Part shown: positions 1 to 9,327 of the stretch, in pieces
How positions within the stretch are numbered: the stretch's first letter is position 1
Layout of the letters: every line of letters starts with the position of its first letter
From: Gammaproteobacteria bacterium
GTDB taxonomy: Bacteria; Pseudomonadota; Gammaproteobacteria; S144-34
Assembly: GCA_026989495.1 (NCBI GenBank)
Contig: JALSJE010000067.1
Span: forward strand, 282-64,281
Direction of reading: 5' to 3'
Length of the DNA: 64,000 bases
Translations under genes and position numbers: made by a program
Notes under the pieces: generated by a model
Database searches by the model: none
Told to the model about the DNA's origin: nothing
The model's input: only the letters and a program-made list of their open reading frames with translations

Positions 1-848
1 CCGGATGCGCCGGCGCGCGCCCCATTCCGGGCCACCCCGTCCGGCGGGGGAACGTCGGCGCGCTCCACCTGGACGTCCGCGGCGCCGGCCCGCGGCCCGG
101 GGCCCCGCCCGGGCGCGGGCGGGACCGGCCCCGCGACGGCCTCCCCTGCGGCGGCCCCGGCGGGGGGCGCCTCGGCGGCAGGCCGCGCGCCGGCATGCGG
201 CGCCGGACGCTGCGTTCCCTGCCACCACAGCGCGGCGGCGCCGGCGAGCAGGGCCGCGAGGACGATGGATGCGAGCACGGCCAGGCGGGCCGTGGGCCTC
301 AGGCGCCGCGGGCCCGCCGCCCGCCGCGGAGCAGGCGCCGTGGAAGCGGGCGGCGGCGCGAGGTCGGCCCGCCGGCAACGGAAGCGCAGCCGCACCTCGC
401 CGAGCGTGATCTCGTCGCCGTCGGCAAGGAGCGTCCGCGGCACGCGCTGGCCGTTGACCCGCACCCCGTTGAGGCTGCCGAGATCCTCGATGGCGAAGCC
501 GCCGCCCACCCGCTCGATGCGGGCATGGCGGCGGGAGACGCTGCGGTCGCGCTCGCGCCAGTGGCAGCCCTCGCCCCGGCCCAGGAGGAAAGGCTCCGAC
601 CCTTCCAGGTCGAGGCGCCGCCCGTCGGGCGCCTCGAGCCAGGCCGCGAGACCGGGCACCTCGCCCGGCGTGAGGAGCCGCGTCGGCTCGCCCGCGAGCG
701 GGGCGGACAGGGCCTCGGCCGCTTCCCGACCGGCGGCCTGGCCCAGCGCCACCGAGGCGGCGCCCAGGGGCGGCGTGGCCGCGCCCGCGGCCGGCGCCCC
801 GGCGGCATGCGGCGGCGGCGGGAGCGCGTCCTGCATCCGCGCGGCCAT
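1..848 (-). CDS. FHA domain-containing membrane protein (partial; 3' end lies beyond the window start)
   Basis: Not in the ORF track because the minus-strand frame runs off the window. Manual translation from the ATG at 848 gives MAARMQDALPPPP...EPFLLGRGEGCHWRERDRSVSRRHARIERVGGGFAIEDLGSLNGVRVNGQRVP...EITLGEVRLRF. This is a canonical FHA pattern (GR...C...D..VSRRHA, SxNG). It is followed by a predicted TM helix (LAVLASIVLAALLAGAAALWW) and an Ala/Pro-rich periplasmic tail. The ATG overlaps the stop of the downstream DUF192 gene. Confidence 0.6.
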   Translation of the reverse strand, partial: MAARMQDALPPPPHAAGAPAAGAATPPLGAASVALGQAAGREAAEALSAPLAGEPTRLLTPGEVPGLAAWLEAPDGRRLDLEGSEPFLLGRGEGCHWRERDRSVSRRHARIERVGGGFAIEDLGSLNGVRVNGQRVPRTLLADGDEITLGEVRLRFRCRRADLAPPPASTAPAPRRAAGPRRLRPTARLAVLASIVLAALLAGAAALWWQGTQRPAPHAGARPAAEAPPAGAAAGEAVAGPVPPAPGRGPGPRAGAADVQVERADVPPPDGVARNGARAGAS

Positions 849-1294
849 CAGGCCTCCTCCTCGGCAGGGGTCCTGGCATGGCCGGGCGCGTCGCCGCCCG
901 GCTGGAGCCAGCGGCGCAGCGTGCTGGCGACGCGGGCGTCGGGAGGCTCGGCGAGCCGCAGGAGCTCGCCCACCCGCAGCCCGGCCTGGTCGGCCCCGCC
1001 CGCCGGCAGCTCGAGGACGCAGCAGGCGCTTCGCGGCCCCGGCACCAGCCGGAAGGGCGGCACGTCGCGGCGGATCGCCCGCACCCGCAGGTGGCGGTCG
1101 AGGTGCACCACGTCGATGCGGTAGCGCATGCCGAAGGTGTGGACGCCGCGGCAGGGCCTGAGCAGCAGCCCCTCCCCCGCCTGCAGGCGCGGGGCGAGCA
1201 GCAGCCCCAGAAGGCGGGCGAGGAAGCGCTCGGCGAGCCGCACGCGGGGAACCCGCACGACCTCGCGCTCGTCCACGAGCTGCAGGATGCGCAT
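848..1294 (-). CDS. DUF192 family protein (COG1430-like)
   Basis: 148-aa ORF with the DUF192 hallmark ...CRGVHTFGMRYRIDVVHLD...CVLELPAGGADQAGLRVGE. Lies immediately downstream of tadC in the same operon orientation. Confidence 0.55.
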   Translation of the reverse strand: MRILQLVDEREVVRVPRVRLAERFLARLLGLLLAPRLQAGEGLLLRPCRGVHTFGMRYRIDVVHLDRHLRVRAIRRDVPPFRLVPGPRSACCVLELPAGGADQAGLRVGELLRLAEPPDARVASTLRRWLQPGGDAPGHARTPAEEEA

Positions 1295-1297
1295 GCT

Positions 1298-2218
1298 TCA
1301 GCCTCCTCCCAGCAGGGCGGCGAGGAGCCCGCTGCGTGCGAGCGCCCGCACCGCCGGCAGCATCAGGATCACGAAGGTGACCGGCATGAAGAAGCCGATC
1401 AGGGGCGCGAGCATCTTGACCGGCGCCCGCGCGGCGAGCTTCTCGGCGCGGAGGAAGCGCTCGGCGCGCTGCTGCTCGGCCTGCAGCACCAGGGCGCGGG
1501 CCATCTCGCCGCCGGTCTCCTCGGCCTGGAGCACCGCGCCCACGAAGCCCGCGACCGCGGGCACGTCCACGCGGCGCTCGAGCCGCTGCAGCGCCTCGCG
1601 CAGCACCATGCCCGCGCGCAGCTCGCGCAGCACGCGCCGCATCTCCTCGCGCACGGGCCCCTCGGGCAGGTGCGCGACGGCGCGCGCGAGCGCGCTCTGG
1701 AGGCTGAGGCCGGCGCGCATGGCGAGTGCGACCAGGTCGAGGAAGAAGGGGAAGTCCTTCTCGAAGCGGGCGCGGCGGCGCTGGATGCGGTCGCGCAGCC
1801 AGATGTCGGGGTAGAAGAAGCCCAGCGGCACGGCGAGCCAGGCGAGCGCGTAGACCGGCGCGCCCATGCCGAGGTGGACGAGGGCGGCGAGCGCGGCGGC
1901 GACGGCGGCGGTGAGCCGGCGCAGGGCGACCAGCTCCTCGGGGCGCAGGGCGTAGTCGAGGCCGGCGGCCTGCAGGCGCGCCTCGACGGCCTCGAGGCGG
2001 TCGCGGTCGGCGCGGGCGGCGACCGCCGGGGCCAGCCCACGCACCAGGGGCGCGAAGAGGCGGAAGAGCAGCGGCGGCGGCTCGCGCCAGGCCTCGGCCT
2101 CGGGGTCGGCGCGGCGGGGCCGGGGCACGAGCCGCGGCAGGGCGAGCGCGAGGCAGCCCGCGGAGAGGCCGGCGAGCAGCATCAGGGGCACGGGCGATGC
2201 GGCGAGGGGCTCAGACAT
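1298..2218 (-). CDS. tadC: Tad/Flp pilus assembly inner-membrane protein TadC (GspF/T2SSF family)
   Basis: 306 aa, polytopic membrane protein with a TadB/TadC-type T2SSF domain. Overlaps tadB by 8 nt. Confidence 0.8.
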   Translation of the reverse strand: MSEPLAASPVPLMLLAGLSAGCLALALPRLVPRPRRADPEAEAWREPPPLLFRLFAPLVRGLAPAVAARADRDRLEAVEARLQAAGLDYALRPEELVALRRLTAAVAAALAALVHLGMGAPVYALAWLAVPLGFFYPDIWLRDRIQRRRARFEKDFPFFLDLVALAMRAGLSLQSALARAVAHLPEGPVREEMRRVLRELRAGMVLREALQRLERRVDVPAVAGFVGAVLQAEETGGEMARALVLQAEQQRAERFLRAEKLAARAPVKMLAPLIGFFMPVTFVILMLPAVRALARSGLLAALLGGG

Positions 2219-3077
2219 CGATGCGCACGATCCTCCGAAGCATGAGCGCCCCGGCCACGTACATGAGCGCCAGCACGACCAGCACGGCCAGGCCGATGCG
2301 GGTGGTGTAGAGGACGGCCACGTCCTCGGGGCGGGTGAGGTGGAACCAGGCGGCGATGGCGAAGGGGAGCCCCGCCACCAGCCAGCCCTGCATGCGCCCC
2401 ATGGCGGTGAGCGCGTCGATCTTGCCCTCCAGGCGGGCGGTTTCGCGCAGGGTCTCGGCGAGGGCGTCGAGCGTGTCGGCGAGGTTGCCGCCCACGGCGC
2501 GGGCGATGCCGATCGCGGCGTTCATGAGGTCGATCTCGCGTCGCCCGAGCCGGCGCGCCATGGCCTCGAGCGCCTCCTCGAGGGGGCGGCCCAGGCGGTA
2601 CTCGGCCAGCACGAGGGCGATCTCCTGGGAGAGCGGCGCGGGGTGGCGCGCCGCGATCTGCTCGAGGCCGCGCAGGACGTTGCTGCCGCCGCGCAGGCTC
2701 CCGGCCAGCGCCGTGAGCGCGTCCGGTAGCTGGCGCACGATGCGGCGCGCCCGCCGCGCGCGCAGGCGGGCCACCACGAGGCGCGGCGCCACCAGCGCGG
2801 CGACGGCGGCCGCGAGCCCGGCCGCGGGTCCGGCCGCCCAGGCGGCGAGCGCCCCGAGGGCGAGCGCGGCGGCGGCGGTGAGCGCGAGCAGCAGGCGCGG
2901 GTCGAGATAGACGAAGGCCTCGCGCAGACCGCCCACCACCTGGCGGCGGAAGGCGGCCGAGTAGAGCGCGCCGCCGCGCAGGAGGAAGCGCGCCGCGGCC
3001 GCGAAGCCGAGCGCGCCGGCGAGCCCGCTCGCGAGCAGCAGCAGGGGGACGGCGCCCCCTTCCGCCACGCCGCTCAC
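2211..3077 (-). CDS. tadB: Tad/Flp pilus assembly inner-membrane protein TadB
   Basis: 288 aa, T2SSF-family platform protein. Its start overlaps the tadA stop by 4 nt (ATGA). Confidence 0.8.
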   Translation of the reverse strand: MSGVAEGGAVPLLLLASGLAGALGFAAAARFLLRGGALYSAAFRRQVVGGLREAFVYLDPRLLLALTAAAALALGALAAWAAGPAAGLAAAVAALVAPRLVVARLRARRARRIVRQLPDALTALAGSLRGGSNVLRGLEQIAARHPAPLSQEIALVLAEYRLGRPLEEALEAMARRLGRREIDLMNAAIGIARAVGGNLADTLDALAETLRETARLEGKIDALTAMGRMQGWLVAGLPFAIAAWFHLTRPEDVAVLYTTRIGLAVLVVLALMYVAGALMLRRIVRIDV

Positions 3078-4717
3078 GCCGCGCCCTCCTCCGCCGCCTC
3101 GCCCGGCTCACGGAAGATGGAAAGGTCGAGCGCATGGCCGGCCGCGCGCGCCTCCTCGTAGAAGCGCGGGATGTGGCCGCAGGGGCGGAAGCGCCCCAGC
3201 ACCTCGCCGTTCGGCCCCACGCCCGTGCGCCGGAACTCGAAGATGTCCTGCAGCAGGATCACGTCGCCCTCCATGCCGTCCACCTCGACGATGCGGGTGA
3301 TGCGCCGGCGCCCGTCCTTGAAGCGCGCCTGGTGGATGATCACGTCGATGGCGGAGGCGATCTGCTCGCGCACGGCCCGGTGCGGCAGCTCCATGCCGGC
3401 CATCATGACCATCACCTCGAGGCGCGCGAGGAAGTCGCGCGGGGAGTTGGCGTGGCCGGTGGTGAGCGAGCCGTCGTGGCCGGTGTTCATGGCCTGGAGC
3501 ATGTCGAGCGCCTCGCCGCCGCGGCACTCGCCCACCACGATGCGGTCGGGGCGCATGCGCAGCGCGTTGCGGACGAGGTCGCGGATGGTCACCCGCCCCT
3601 GCCCCTCCGCGTTGGGGGGGCGGGCCTCGAGGGAGACGACGTGGGACTGGTGCAGGCGCAGCTCGGCCGCATCCTCGATGGTGACGATACGCTCGTCCTC
3701 GGGGATGAAGTTGGAGAGCACGTTGAGGGTGGTGGTCTTGCCCGAGCCCGTGCCGCCGGAGACGGCGATGTTGCGCCGCAGCCGCACGCAGACCTCGAGG
3801 AAGCGCGCCATGGCGGGGCTGAGGGTGCCGTTGGCGACGAGGTCCTCGACGCCGAGGAGGCTGCGGCGGAAGCGGCGGATGGTCAGCACCGGGCCGCACA
3901 GGGCCAGCGGCGGGATGATGGCGTTGACGCGCGAGCCGTCGGGCAGGCGCGCGTCCACCATGGGCTGGGCCTCGTCGATGCGCCGGCCGAGCGGCGCGAC
4001 GATGCGGTCGATGACGGCGCGCAGCGCCTCCTCGCCGCTGAAGCGCAGGCCCGTGGGCTCGATGCGGCCGCGACGCTCCACGTAGATGGCGCCCGGGCCG
4101 TTGACCATGATCTCGGTGACCTCGGGGTCGGCCATGAGCGGCTCGAGGGGGCCCAGCCCCACGGCCTCGGCCACCACCTCGGCCACCACACGCTCGCGCG
4201 CCGGTCCGGCGGCCAGCGCGGGCTCGATCTCGGGGAGGATGCGCTCGGCGGCCGCGCGCGCCTCGGCGCGCAGCGCCTCGGGCCGCATGCCCTCGAGCAC
4301 GGCGCGTCGGCGCAGGTCGAGCTCCTCGACCAGCCGCGCGCGCAGGCGCCGCTTGATCGCGTCGTCCGGATGGCCCTGTCCGCCGGGACGCGGGCCGGTG
4401 CCCGCGGCCGGCGCGCGGGGCTCGGGACGCAGGCGCAGCGCGAGCCGGCCGGCGCGCAGCTCGGCCTCGCCCGCGAGGCGCCGCGCGCCGGCGAGGCGCT
4501 CGCCGTCGAGCCAGGTGCCGTTGGTGCTGCCGAGGTCCTCCACCAGCACGCCGCCGTCCTCGCCGGAGGCGACCTCCAGCGCCAGATGGCGGCGCGAGAC
4601 GTGGGGGTCGCTCAGCACCACGTCGCAGTCGGGCGCCTTGCCGAGCACGTGGCGGCCGGGTCCGAGCCGGTGGGTGACCAGGCCGCCCTCGGGGTCGCGA
4701 ATCTCCAGCGCGAGCAT
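3074..4717 (-). CDS. tadA: CpaF/TadA pilus secretion ATPase with N-terminal FHA domain fusion
   Basis: 547 aa. N-terminal residues 1-100 (...GPGRHVLGKAPDCDVVLSDPHVSRRHLALEV...LGSTNGTWLDGERL) form an FHA domain. The C-terminal part is a CpaF/VirB11-type ATPase: Walker A GGTGSGKTT, Asp/His boxes, and the C-terminal CGHIPRF region. Confidence 0.85.
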   Translation of the reverse strand: MLALEIRDPEGGLVTHRLGPGRHVLGKAPDCDVVLSDPHVSRRHLALEVASGEDGGVLVEDLGSTNGTWLDGERLAGARRLAGEAELRAGRLALRLRPEPRAPAAGTGPRPGGQGHPDDAIKRRLRARLVEELDLRRRAVLEGMRPEALRAEARAAAERILPEIEPALAAGPARERVVAEVVAEAVGLGPLEPLMADPEVTEIMVNGPGAIYVERRGRIEPTGLRFSGEEALRAVIDRIVAPLGRRIDEAQPMVDARLPDGSRVNAIIPPLALCGPVLTIRRFRRSLLGVEDLVANGTLSPAMARFLEVCVRLRRNIAVSGGTGSGKTTTLNVLSNFIPEDERIVTIEDAAELRLHQSHVVSLEARPPNAEGQGRVTIRDLVRNALRMRPDRIVVGECRGGEALDMLQAMNTGHDGSLTTGHANSPRDFLARLEVMVMMAGMELPHRAVREQIASAIDVIIHQARFKDGRRRITRIVEVDGMEGDVILLQDIFEFRRTGVGPNGEVLGRFRPCGHIPRFYEEARAAGHALDLSIFREPGEAAEEGAA

Positions 4718-4727
4718 CGGCCCTCCC

Positions 4728-6086
4728 TCAGTCCATCAGCCGGAAGCGCACCGCCTGCAGCCCCGCCCGGTCGAGCTCGCGGTAGCGGCGGATGCCCTCG
4801 CGGTTGTGCGCGCTGCGGGCGTCGACGATGCGCGGCGTGAGCAGCACGAGCAGCTCGGTCTCGTCGTCGCGGAACCTGCGCGACTTGAACAGCTCGCCGA
4901 GGACCGGCAGGTGCCCCAGCCCCGGGAGCTTGGTCACCGCCTTGCTGCGGCTGTTCCTGAGCAGACCGGAGATCACGAGCGTCTGGCCACGGCCCAGGTT
5001 GACCTCGGTGGTCGTGCGCCGTGTGAGGAAGGCCGGGAAGTCGCCCTTGGTGTTCTGCTCGTCGATGTCGCTCACTTCCACAGTGAGCTGGGTGGCGACG
5101 TAGCCGGCTGGATCGACGTCCGGCTCCACGATGAGCCGGATGCCATACTGCTTGTAGACCACGTCCTGCAGCCCCAGCCCCGTGGTCACGACGATCGGCA
5201 CCTCGCCGCCGGCAAGGAACTCGGCCTTGCCGCCGCTGCGGCAGACGAGCCGCGGGTTGGCGAGCTGACGGGCGTAGCCATGGGTCTCGAGCAGGCGCAG
5301 CCGGCTCTCGATGAGCGAATCCCAGCCGAAGAACGACTTCGTCGTCTCGTAGCCGAGCGGCGCGGTCACGCCGAAGGCGCCACCGGGAGGCGGGCGGAAG
5401 GCGGCGTTGCCCTGGAAGGTGCCGATGATGCCGAAACGCGGCCCGGCGTAGTCGCCAGCTACCCGGGCGCCGTTCCGCAGCCACTCGATACCGATCGTGC
5501 GCGACAGGTTGCGGCTGACCTCGAGCACCCGGGCGTCGAACTCGACCATGGCGCGCAGCGGGACGCGCGGCGGGGCGACCTCGTTCACCACCGTGCCCGC
5601 GTGCTCGCGCGCCAGCGTCTCGATGCGCGCGTGGTCCTCCTCGCGCAGGGCCGCGCCCTCGAGGATCACCTTGCCGCCGGCCACGCGCGCGCGCACGCCC
5701 TCGATGTCGCCGATGCGCGCGCGCACCTCCTCCAGCACGGCCTCCGGCGCGGGCGGCGTGACCTCGACGAGGTAGGCCGCCCGCTCCCTGCCCCGCACCC
5801 ACACGCGCAGGTCCGTGAGGCCGGGCTTGCGGCCGATGAGGAGCACCTGGCCGGCGTCCTCGAGCACCTTGACGTCCAGCACGTGCCCGTCGCCCACGGC
5901 CACGCGGTCCACGCCGGGGTGGCGGAGCAGGCGCGTCTGCCCGGCGGGCAGGGCGATGCGGCCGGCATAGCGCGGCTGCGCCTGGCCGGGCGGCGCCGCG
6001 GCCGCGGCGGGCGGCGCGGCGGCCCGGACCGGCATGGCCAGCGCCGCGGCGAGCAGGCAGGCGGCCAGCGGGGCCGGGGCGCGCAT
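4728..6086 (-). CDS. cpaC: Flp pilus secretin CpaC/RcpA
   Basis: 452 aa with a signal peptide, an N-terminal BON-like region and a C-terminal secretin domain (...VISGLLRNSRSKAVTKLPGLGHLPVLGELFKSR...). Confidence 0.85.
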   Translation of the reverse strand: MRAPAPLAACLLAAALAMPVRAAAPPAAAAAPPGQAQPRYAGRIALPAGQTRLLRHPGVDRVAVGDGHVLDVKVLEDAGQVLLIGRKPGLTDLRVWVRGRERAAYLVEVTPPAPEAVLEEVRARIGDIEGVRARVAGGKVILEGAALREEDHARIETLAREHAGTVVNEVAPPRVPLRAMVEFDARVLEVSRNLSRTIGIEWLRNGARVAGDYAGPRFGIIGTFQGNAAFRPPPGGAFGVTAPLGYETTKSFFGWDSLIESRLRLLETHGYARQLANPRLVCRSGGKAEFLAGGEVPIVVTTGLGLQDVVYKQYGIRLIVEPDVDPAGYVATQLTVEVSDIDEQNTKGDFPAFLTRRTTTEVNLGRGQTLVISGLLRNSRSKAVTKLPGLGHLPVLGELFKSRRFRDDETELLVLLTPRIVDARSAHNREGIRRYRELDRAGLQAVRFRLMD

Positions 6087-6859
6087 CAGTCCATCCCTCC
6101 GCGAATGATCTCGACCTCCCCGCGGGCACGCACACGCGCGCGGCCGCCGAGCAGGGTCTCGCGCGTGACGGCGCCGAGGCGCAGCGGCGCGTCGTCGGCC
6201 GGGGCGCGCAGCATGGCCGTGAGCTTGCCGATCTCGCGCGCGTGCACGATGCGGGCGGCCTCCTCGGGGGTGACCAGCACGGTGATGGTGCGGTAGCCCT
6301 CGGGCTGCGCGTGGCCGTCGCCGGTGTCGGCGCCCGTGGCCGCCACCTGGACGTCGCGCAGCAGGGGCAGGGTGACGGGGCGGTCGCCGTCCTGGAGGGT
6401 GACGAGGAGGTCGATGCGGTCGCCGGGGCCGAGGAGCCCGGAGAAGGACGAGGTCTCGTCCACGGGGATCGTGAGCGCGCGCCGCCCCTCGCGCACCCGC
6501 GCCGAGAAGCCGCTGGCGCGGCTGCGCGAGAGATGGGCGTGCAGCACGGTCTCGCCGCGCCGGAGCGGAAACAGCAGGCGCCGGCCCTCGACCTCGGCGA
6601 AGGCCTCGGGGCGCATGGCGTCGTGGTGCACGAAGGTGGCGGGCACCTCGCGCACGGCGACGTTGCCCACGCCGAGCGGCGTGCCGGCGGGCAGGTCTTC
6701 GTTGGCCACGAGCACACGCACGGGCCGGCGCCCGGCGTCGAGGCGGGCGCGGTAGGCCTCGATCTCGCCGGCGACATAGCGCTCGGCGAGGAAGGCGGCC
6801 GCCGTGCCCGAGACCAGGGCGCCCGCCACGAGCAGGAGCGTGATGCGGCTCGTCCTCAT
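6086..6859 (-). CDS. cpaB: Flp pilus assembly protein CpaB/RcpC
   Basis: 257 aa. N-terminal TM anchor followed by SAF/CpaB-like domains. Sits in the conserved position between flp and cpaC. Confidence 0.8.
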   Translation of the reverse strand: MRTSRITLLLVAGALVSGTAAAFLAERYVAGEIEAYRARLDAGRRPVRVLVANEDLPAGTPLGVGNVAVREVPATFVHHDAMRPEAFAEVEGRRLLFPLRRGETVLHAHLSRSRASGFSARVREGRRALTIPVDETSSFSGLLGPGDRIDLLVTLQDGDRPVTLPLLRDVQVAATGADTGDGHAQPEGYRTITVLVTPEEAARIVHAREIGKLTAMLRAPADDAPLRLGAVTRETLLGGRARVRARGEVEIIRGGMD

Positions 6860-6880
6860 CCTCGTCCTTCTCCCTCCACC

Positions 6881-7054
6881 TCAGGGCCTGGCGAGCAGCG
6901 TGAGGAAGCGGCCGAGGTGGCCGCCGAGCGCGTCCACCACGGCCGCGCCCGCCGCGACGGCACCGACGAGCGCGGCGGTCGCGACCAGGTAATGCGCCAG
7001 CGCCGCGCCCCGCGGGCGCGGGCGGCTGCGTGAGCGGTCCGTCTTCGCGTCCAT
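6881..7054 (-). CDS. flp: Flp-family type IVb prepilin (paralog 2; short start chosen)
   Basis: MDAKTDRSRSRPRPRG|AALAHYLVATAALVGAVAAGAAVVDALGGHLGRFLTLLARP. A basic leader ends in G, then four residues, then HY (a variant of the Flp G/XXXXEY motif), then a hydrophobic helix. A GGAGGA RBS sits 6 nt upstream of the ATG at 7054. The track ORF 6881..7081 would use a longer start. Confidence 0.6.
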   Translation of the reverse strand: MDAKTDRSRSRPRPRGAALAHYLVATAALVGAVAAGAAVVDALGGHLGRFLTLLARP

Positions 7055-7067
7055 GGCGTCCTCCCCC

Positions 7068-7775
7068 TCATCGCACGACATGGATCAGCGCGAGGCTCCC
7101 CCGCCGGTGCGGTGCGACGCTGACCTGGCAGAGGCTGCGGCCCCGCTGGAAGGCCTGCTGCACGGCGCCGCGCGCGCGCGCGAGCGAATGCGGCTGCACG
7201 GTCCAGCCCGCCCCGGCCAGCCGCGCGCGGATGCGCTCCAGGGTTGCCTCGGCCCCGTAGGGGCTCTGCAGGGTGAGCGACCAGGCCCGGCGCGGGCCGT
7301 CGAGGCTGTCGAGCCGGTGCAGCACGCGCAGGCCCGCCGGCAGCGGGATGCCGGGCGTCCGCCGGGGCCGCACCGCGTCCGGCCGCAGGCTGATCGTGAG
7401 CACGCCCTCGGCGCCGCGCGCGGTGTCGCGCACGCGCACCGTGCGGTAGTGGCGCCCGTCGCGGTGGCCGATCACGCGCCACGGGCCCTGCCGCTGGCGC
7501 ACGACCTCGCCGCGGCCCAGGCGCGACCAGAGGCGCTCGTACCAGGCGAGCACCGCCTGGGCCGGGGCGTCGGTGCGGAACAGGCGCGCGCTCATGGGCA
7601 GCCCGTTCCAGGCCATGCGCTCGGCGATCCAGCGCGTCTCCATGCCGGGCATGACGCGCATCACCGGCAGCTCGACGGCGAGCGGGTCCTCGAGGGCGGG
7701 CGCGGCCCGAGCGGCGAGCGCCGCCAGCGCGAGCGCGAGGAGAAGGGATCCGCGAGGCCGGCGCGCGGGGCTCAT
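7068..7775 (-). CDS. secreted hypothetical protein of the tad pseudopilin block
   Basis: 235 aa, in-frame part of track ORF 7068..8552 starting at MSPARRPRGSLLLALALAALAARAAP (signal peptide). Its ATG overlaps the tadE-like stop (ATGA). No recognisable domain. Confidence 0.45.
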   Translation of the reverse strand: MSPARRPRGSLLLALALAALAARAAPALEDPLAVELPVMRVMPGMETRWIAERMAWNGLPMSARLFRTDAPAQAVLAWYERLWSRLGRGEVVRQRQGPWRVIGHRDGRHYRTVRVRDTARGAEGVLTISLRPDAVRPRRTPGIPLPAGLRVLHRLDSLDGPRRAWSLTLQSPYGAEATLERIRARLAGAGWTVQPHSLARARGAVQQAFQRGRSLCQVSVAPHRRGSLALIHVVR

Positions 7776-8563
7776 TCCGTCACCTCGTAGCCTTCGGGCA
7801 GCGCCTGCGCCGGCACGGCCGGCTCGAGCGGCAGGGCGTCCCTCCCTTCCTTGTAGAGCGGGAAGGCGGCGATGACCTTCGCCGGCTTGACGAGCGTCTC
7901 GATCCGCTTCGCCAGCGTCGCCCGGCCCACGCGCCGGCGGAAGGCGGCCTCGCGCGCCGCCGACCAGGCGTCGCCCGCGACCGCGGCCCCCGCCTCGAGC
8001 GTGGCCCCGCCGAAGTCCGGCAGCTCCGGATGGGCCCGCAGGCCCACGCGCAGGCGCGATCCGGCGCGGCCCCGGGCGCCGAGCCCGAGCGGGCGGACGG
8101 GGAAAGGAACGCCGCCCCCGCGGGCGACGGCGTCCACCATCTTCCCCGCGAGGCCGCCGCCGCGAAGGCGCGTCTCGTCCAGGTCCTGCGCGGCGCGCGC
8201 GCCGGGGCTGCCCGCCACCACGTCGCGGCCTGCATGATCCAGCCACACGGGGCTCGCGGTCGGGCCCGCCGTGAGCGGCGCCGACGGATGGCCGAGGACG
8301 GCGGTCTCGACCAGGCGCCGGATCTCGCCGTCGCCGCGCACCGCCGGCCCCTCCCCGAGGCTCCAGTCGGAGGCCCGCTCGGCCCACACCGTCCGTTCCC
8401 ACGCGACGGCGCGCGCGGCCTCGATCGTCTTGTGCTCGGCGTCGAGCCAGGCGCCCAGGAGCGGGACGAGAATCAGGAGCAGCACGAAGAGCCCGCCGGC
8501 CGCCACCAGCTCGGCCAGCGCCTGGCCCGCGCAGCCGCGCCGTCCCCGCCATGCGCCGCTCAC
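7772..8563 (-). CDS. tadE: TadE/TadF-like pseudopilin
   Basis: In-frame part of ORF 7772..8815 starting at GTG 8563 (a GTGA overlap with the upstream stop). Its N-terminus, RRGCAG|QALAELVAAGGLFVLLLILVPLLGAW, matches the TadE-like class III signal (G, four residues, E, hydrophobic helix). Confidence 0.55.
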   Translation of the reverse strand: MSGAWRGRRGCAGQALAELVAAGGLFVLLLILVPLLGAWLDAEHKTIEAARAVAWERTVWAERASDWSLGEGPAVRGDGEIRRLVETAVLGHPSAPLTAGPTASPVWLDHAGRDVVAGSPGARAAQDLDETRLRGGGLAGKMVDAVARGGGVPFPVRPLGLGARGRAGSRLRVGLRAHPELPDFGGATLEAGAAVAGDAWSAAREAAFRRRVGRATLAKRIETLVKPAKVIAAFPLYKEGRDALPLEPAVPAQALPEGYEVTE

Positions 8564-9327
8564 GGGCCGGCCCTCCCCTTGCGGGCGTCCACGGGCTTCG
8601 CGCCGGGCGGCGGCCGCATCCCCTTCGTGTCCACGCAGGCGCCCTCCTCCACGCGCTCGGCGCGCATCTCGTAGGGCCTGTGCGAGGTGGCGCCGGCTCC
8701 CACCTGCTCGATGCGCATGACCAGCGCGACCTGCTGACCGCCCAGCTCGGTCATGCACATCCGGTGGCGCAGGCTGTATGATGCGTCTCCTGTGCTGCCG
8801 GCGAACCACCGGCACGGACGCCCCGCCACCGTGGACACATGCCCGGTCTCTTCGCTATCGAACATCCGGGACGGATCGAGGCCCATCGCGCCGATGGCGG
8901 CGAGCAGCTCCGGCGAGGCCGGGGGATAGCGCTTGACTTCCCCGCTCGCCCCGTAGAAGGCGACGCGCGAGCCGTCGGGCATCCGCCATTCCGTGTAGGA
9001 CTGGGACACGAGCCGCACCTTGGGCCACATCGTGAAGCCCGAGCCCATCCATTCGATCCTGGTCGTGAGCGCCTCGAGACGCAGACGCTCGCGGCCCTCC
9101 ATGAGGACGAGCTCCTGGGTGGCCGGGGTGGACTCGAGGGTCTTGAGGAGCTTCCGGTCCTTGAAGAGGAACGCCAGGAGGGTCTCCGTGGGGCTGAAGA
9201 GCACCGGCTGGGTGCCCGTGTAGGTCACGCGGACCGCCGTGCAGCGCACCTCGGCCCGCGCGGGCGCGAGGGCGGCCGCGGCGAGGGCCGCGAAGGCCAG
9301 GAGCAATACCCTGCGGGCCGCGCTCAT
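8560..9327 (-). CDS. secreted hypothetical protein (tad locus)
   Basis: 255-aa frame reading MSAARRVLLLAFAALAAAALAPARAEVRC..., hidden inside the 806-aa shadow ORF 8560..10980. Signal peptide present. Its ATG at 9327 overlaps the tadG-like stop. No recognisable domain. Confidence 0.45.
   Translation of the reverse strand: MSAARRVLLLAFAALAAAALAPARAEVRCTAVRVTYTGTQPVLFSPTETLLAFLFKDRKLLKTLESTPATQELVLMEGRERLRLEALTTRIEWMGSGFTMWPKVRLVSQSYTEWRMPDGSRVAFYGASGEVKRYPPASPELLAAIGAMGLDPSRMFDSEETGHVSTVAGRPCRWFAGSTGDASYSLRHRMCMTELGGQQVALVMRIEQVGAGATSHRPYEMRAERVEEGACVDTKGMRPPPGAKPVDARKGRAGP

Noticed and set aside
4086-6777. 736-aa (+) and 721-aa (-) ORFs over the cpaC/cpaB region
   Set aside because: They are antisense or alternative-frame shadows of cpaC and cpaB. 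The secretin and CpaB frames carry the recognisable motifs.
6881-7081. Longer start (MSCDEGEDAMDAK...) for flp2
   Set aside because: The downstream ATG at 7054 has a GGAGGA RBS and yields a leader parallel to Flp1. The longer start overlaps the upstream gene by 14 nt and has no RBS. It is kept as an alternative.
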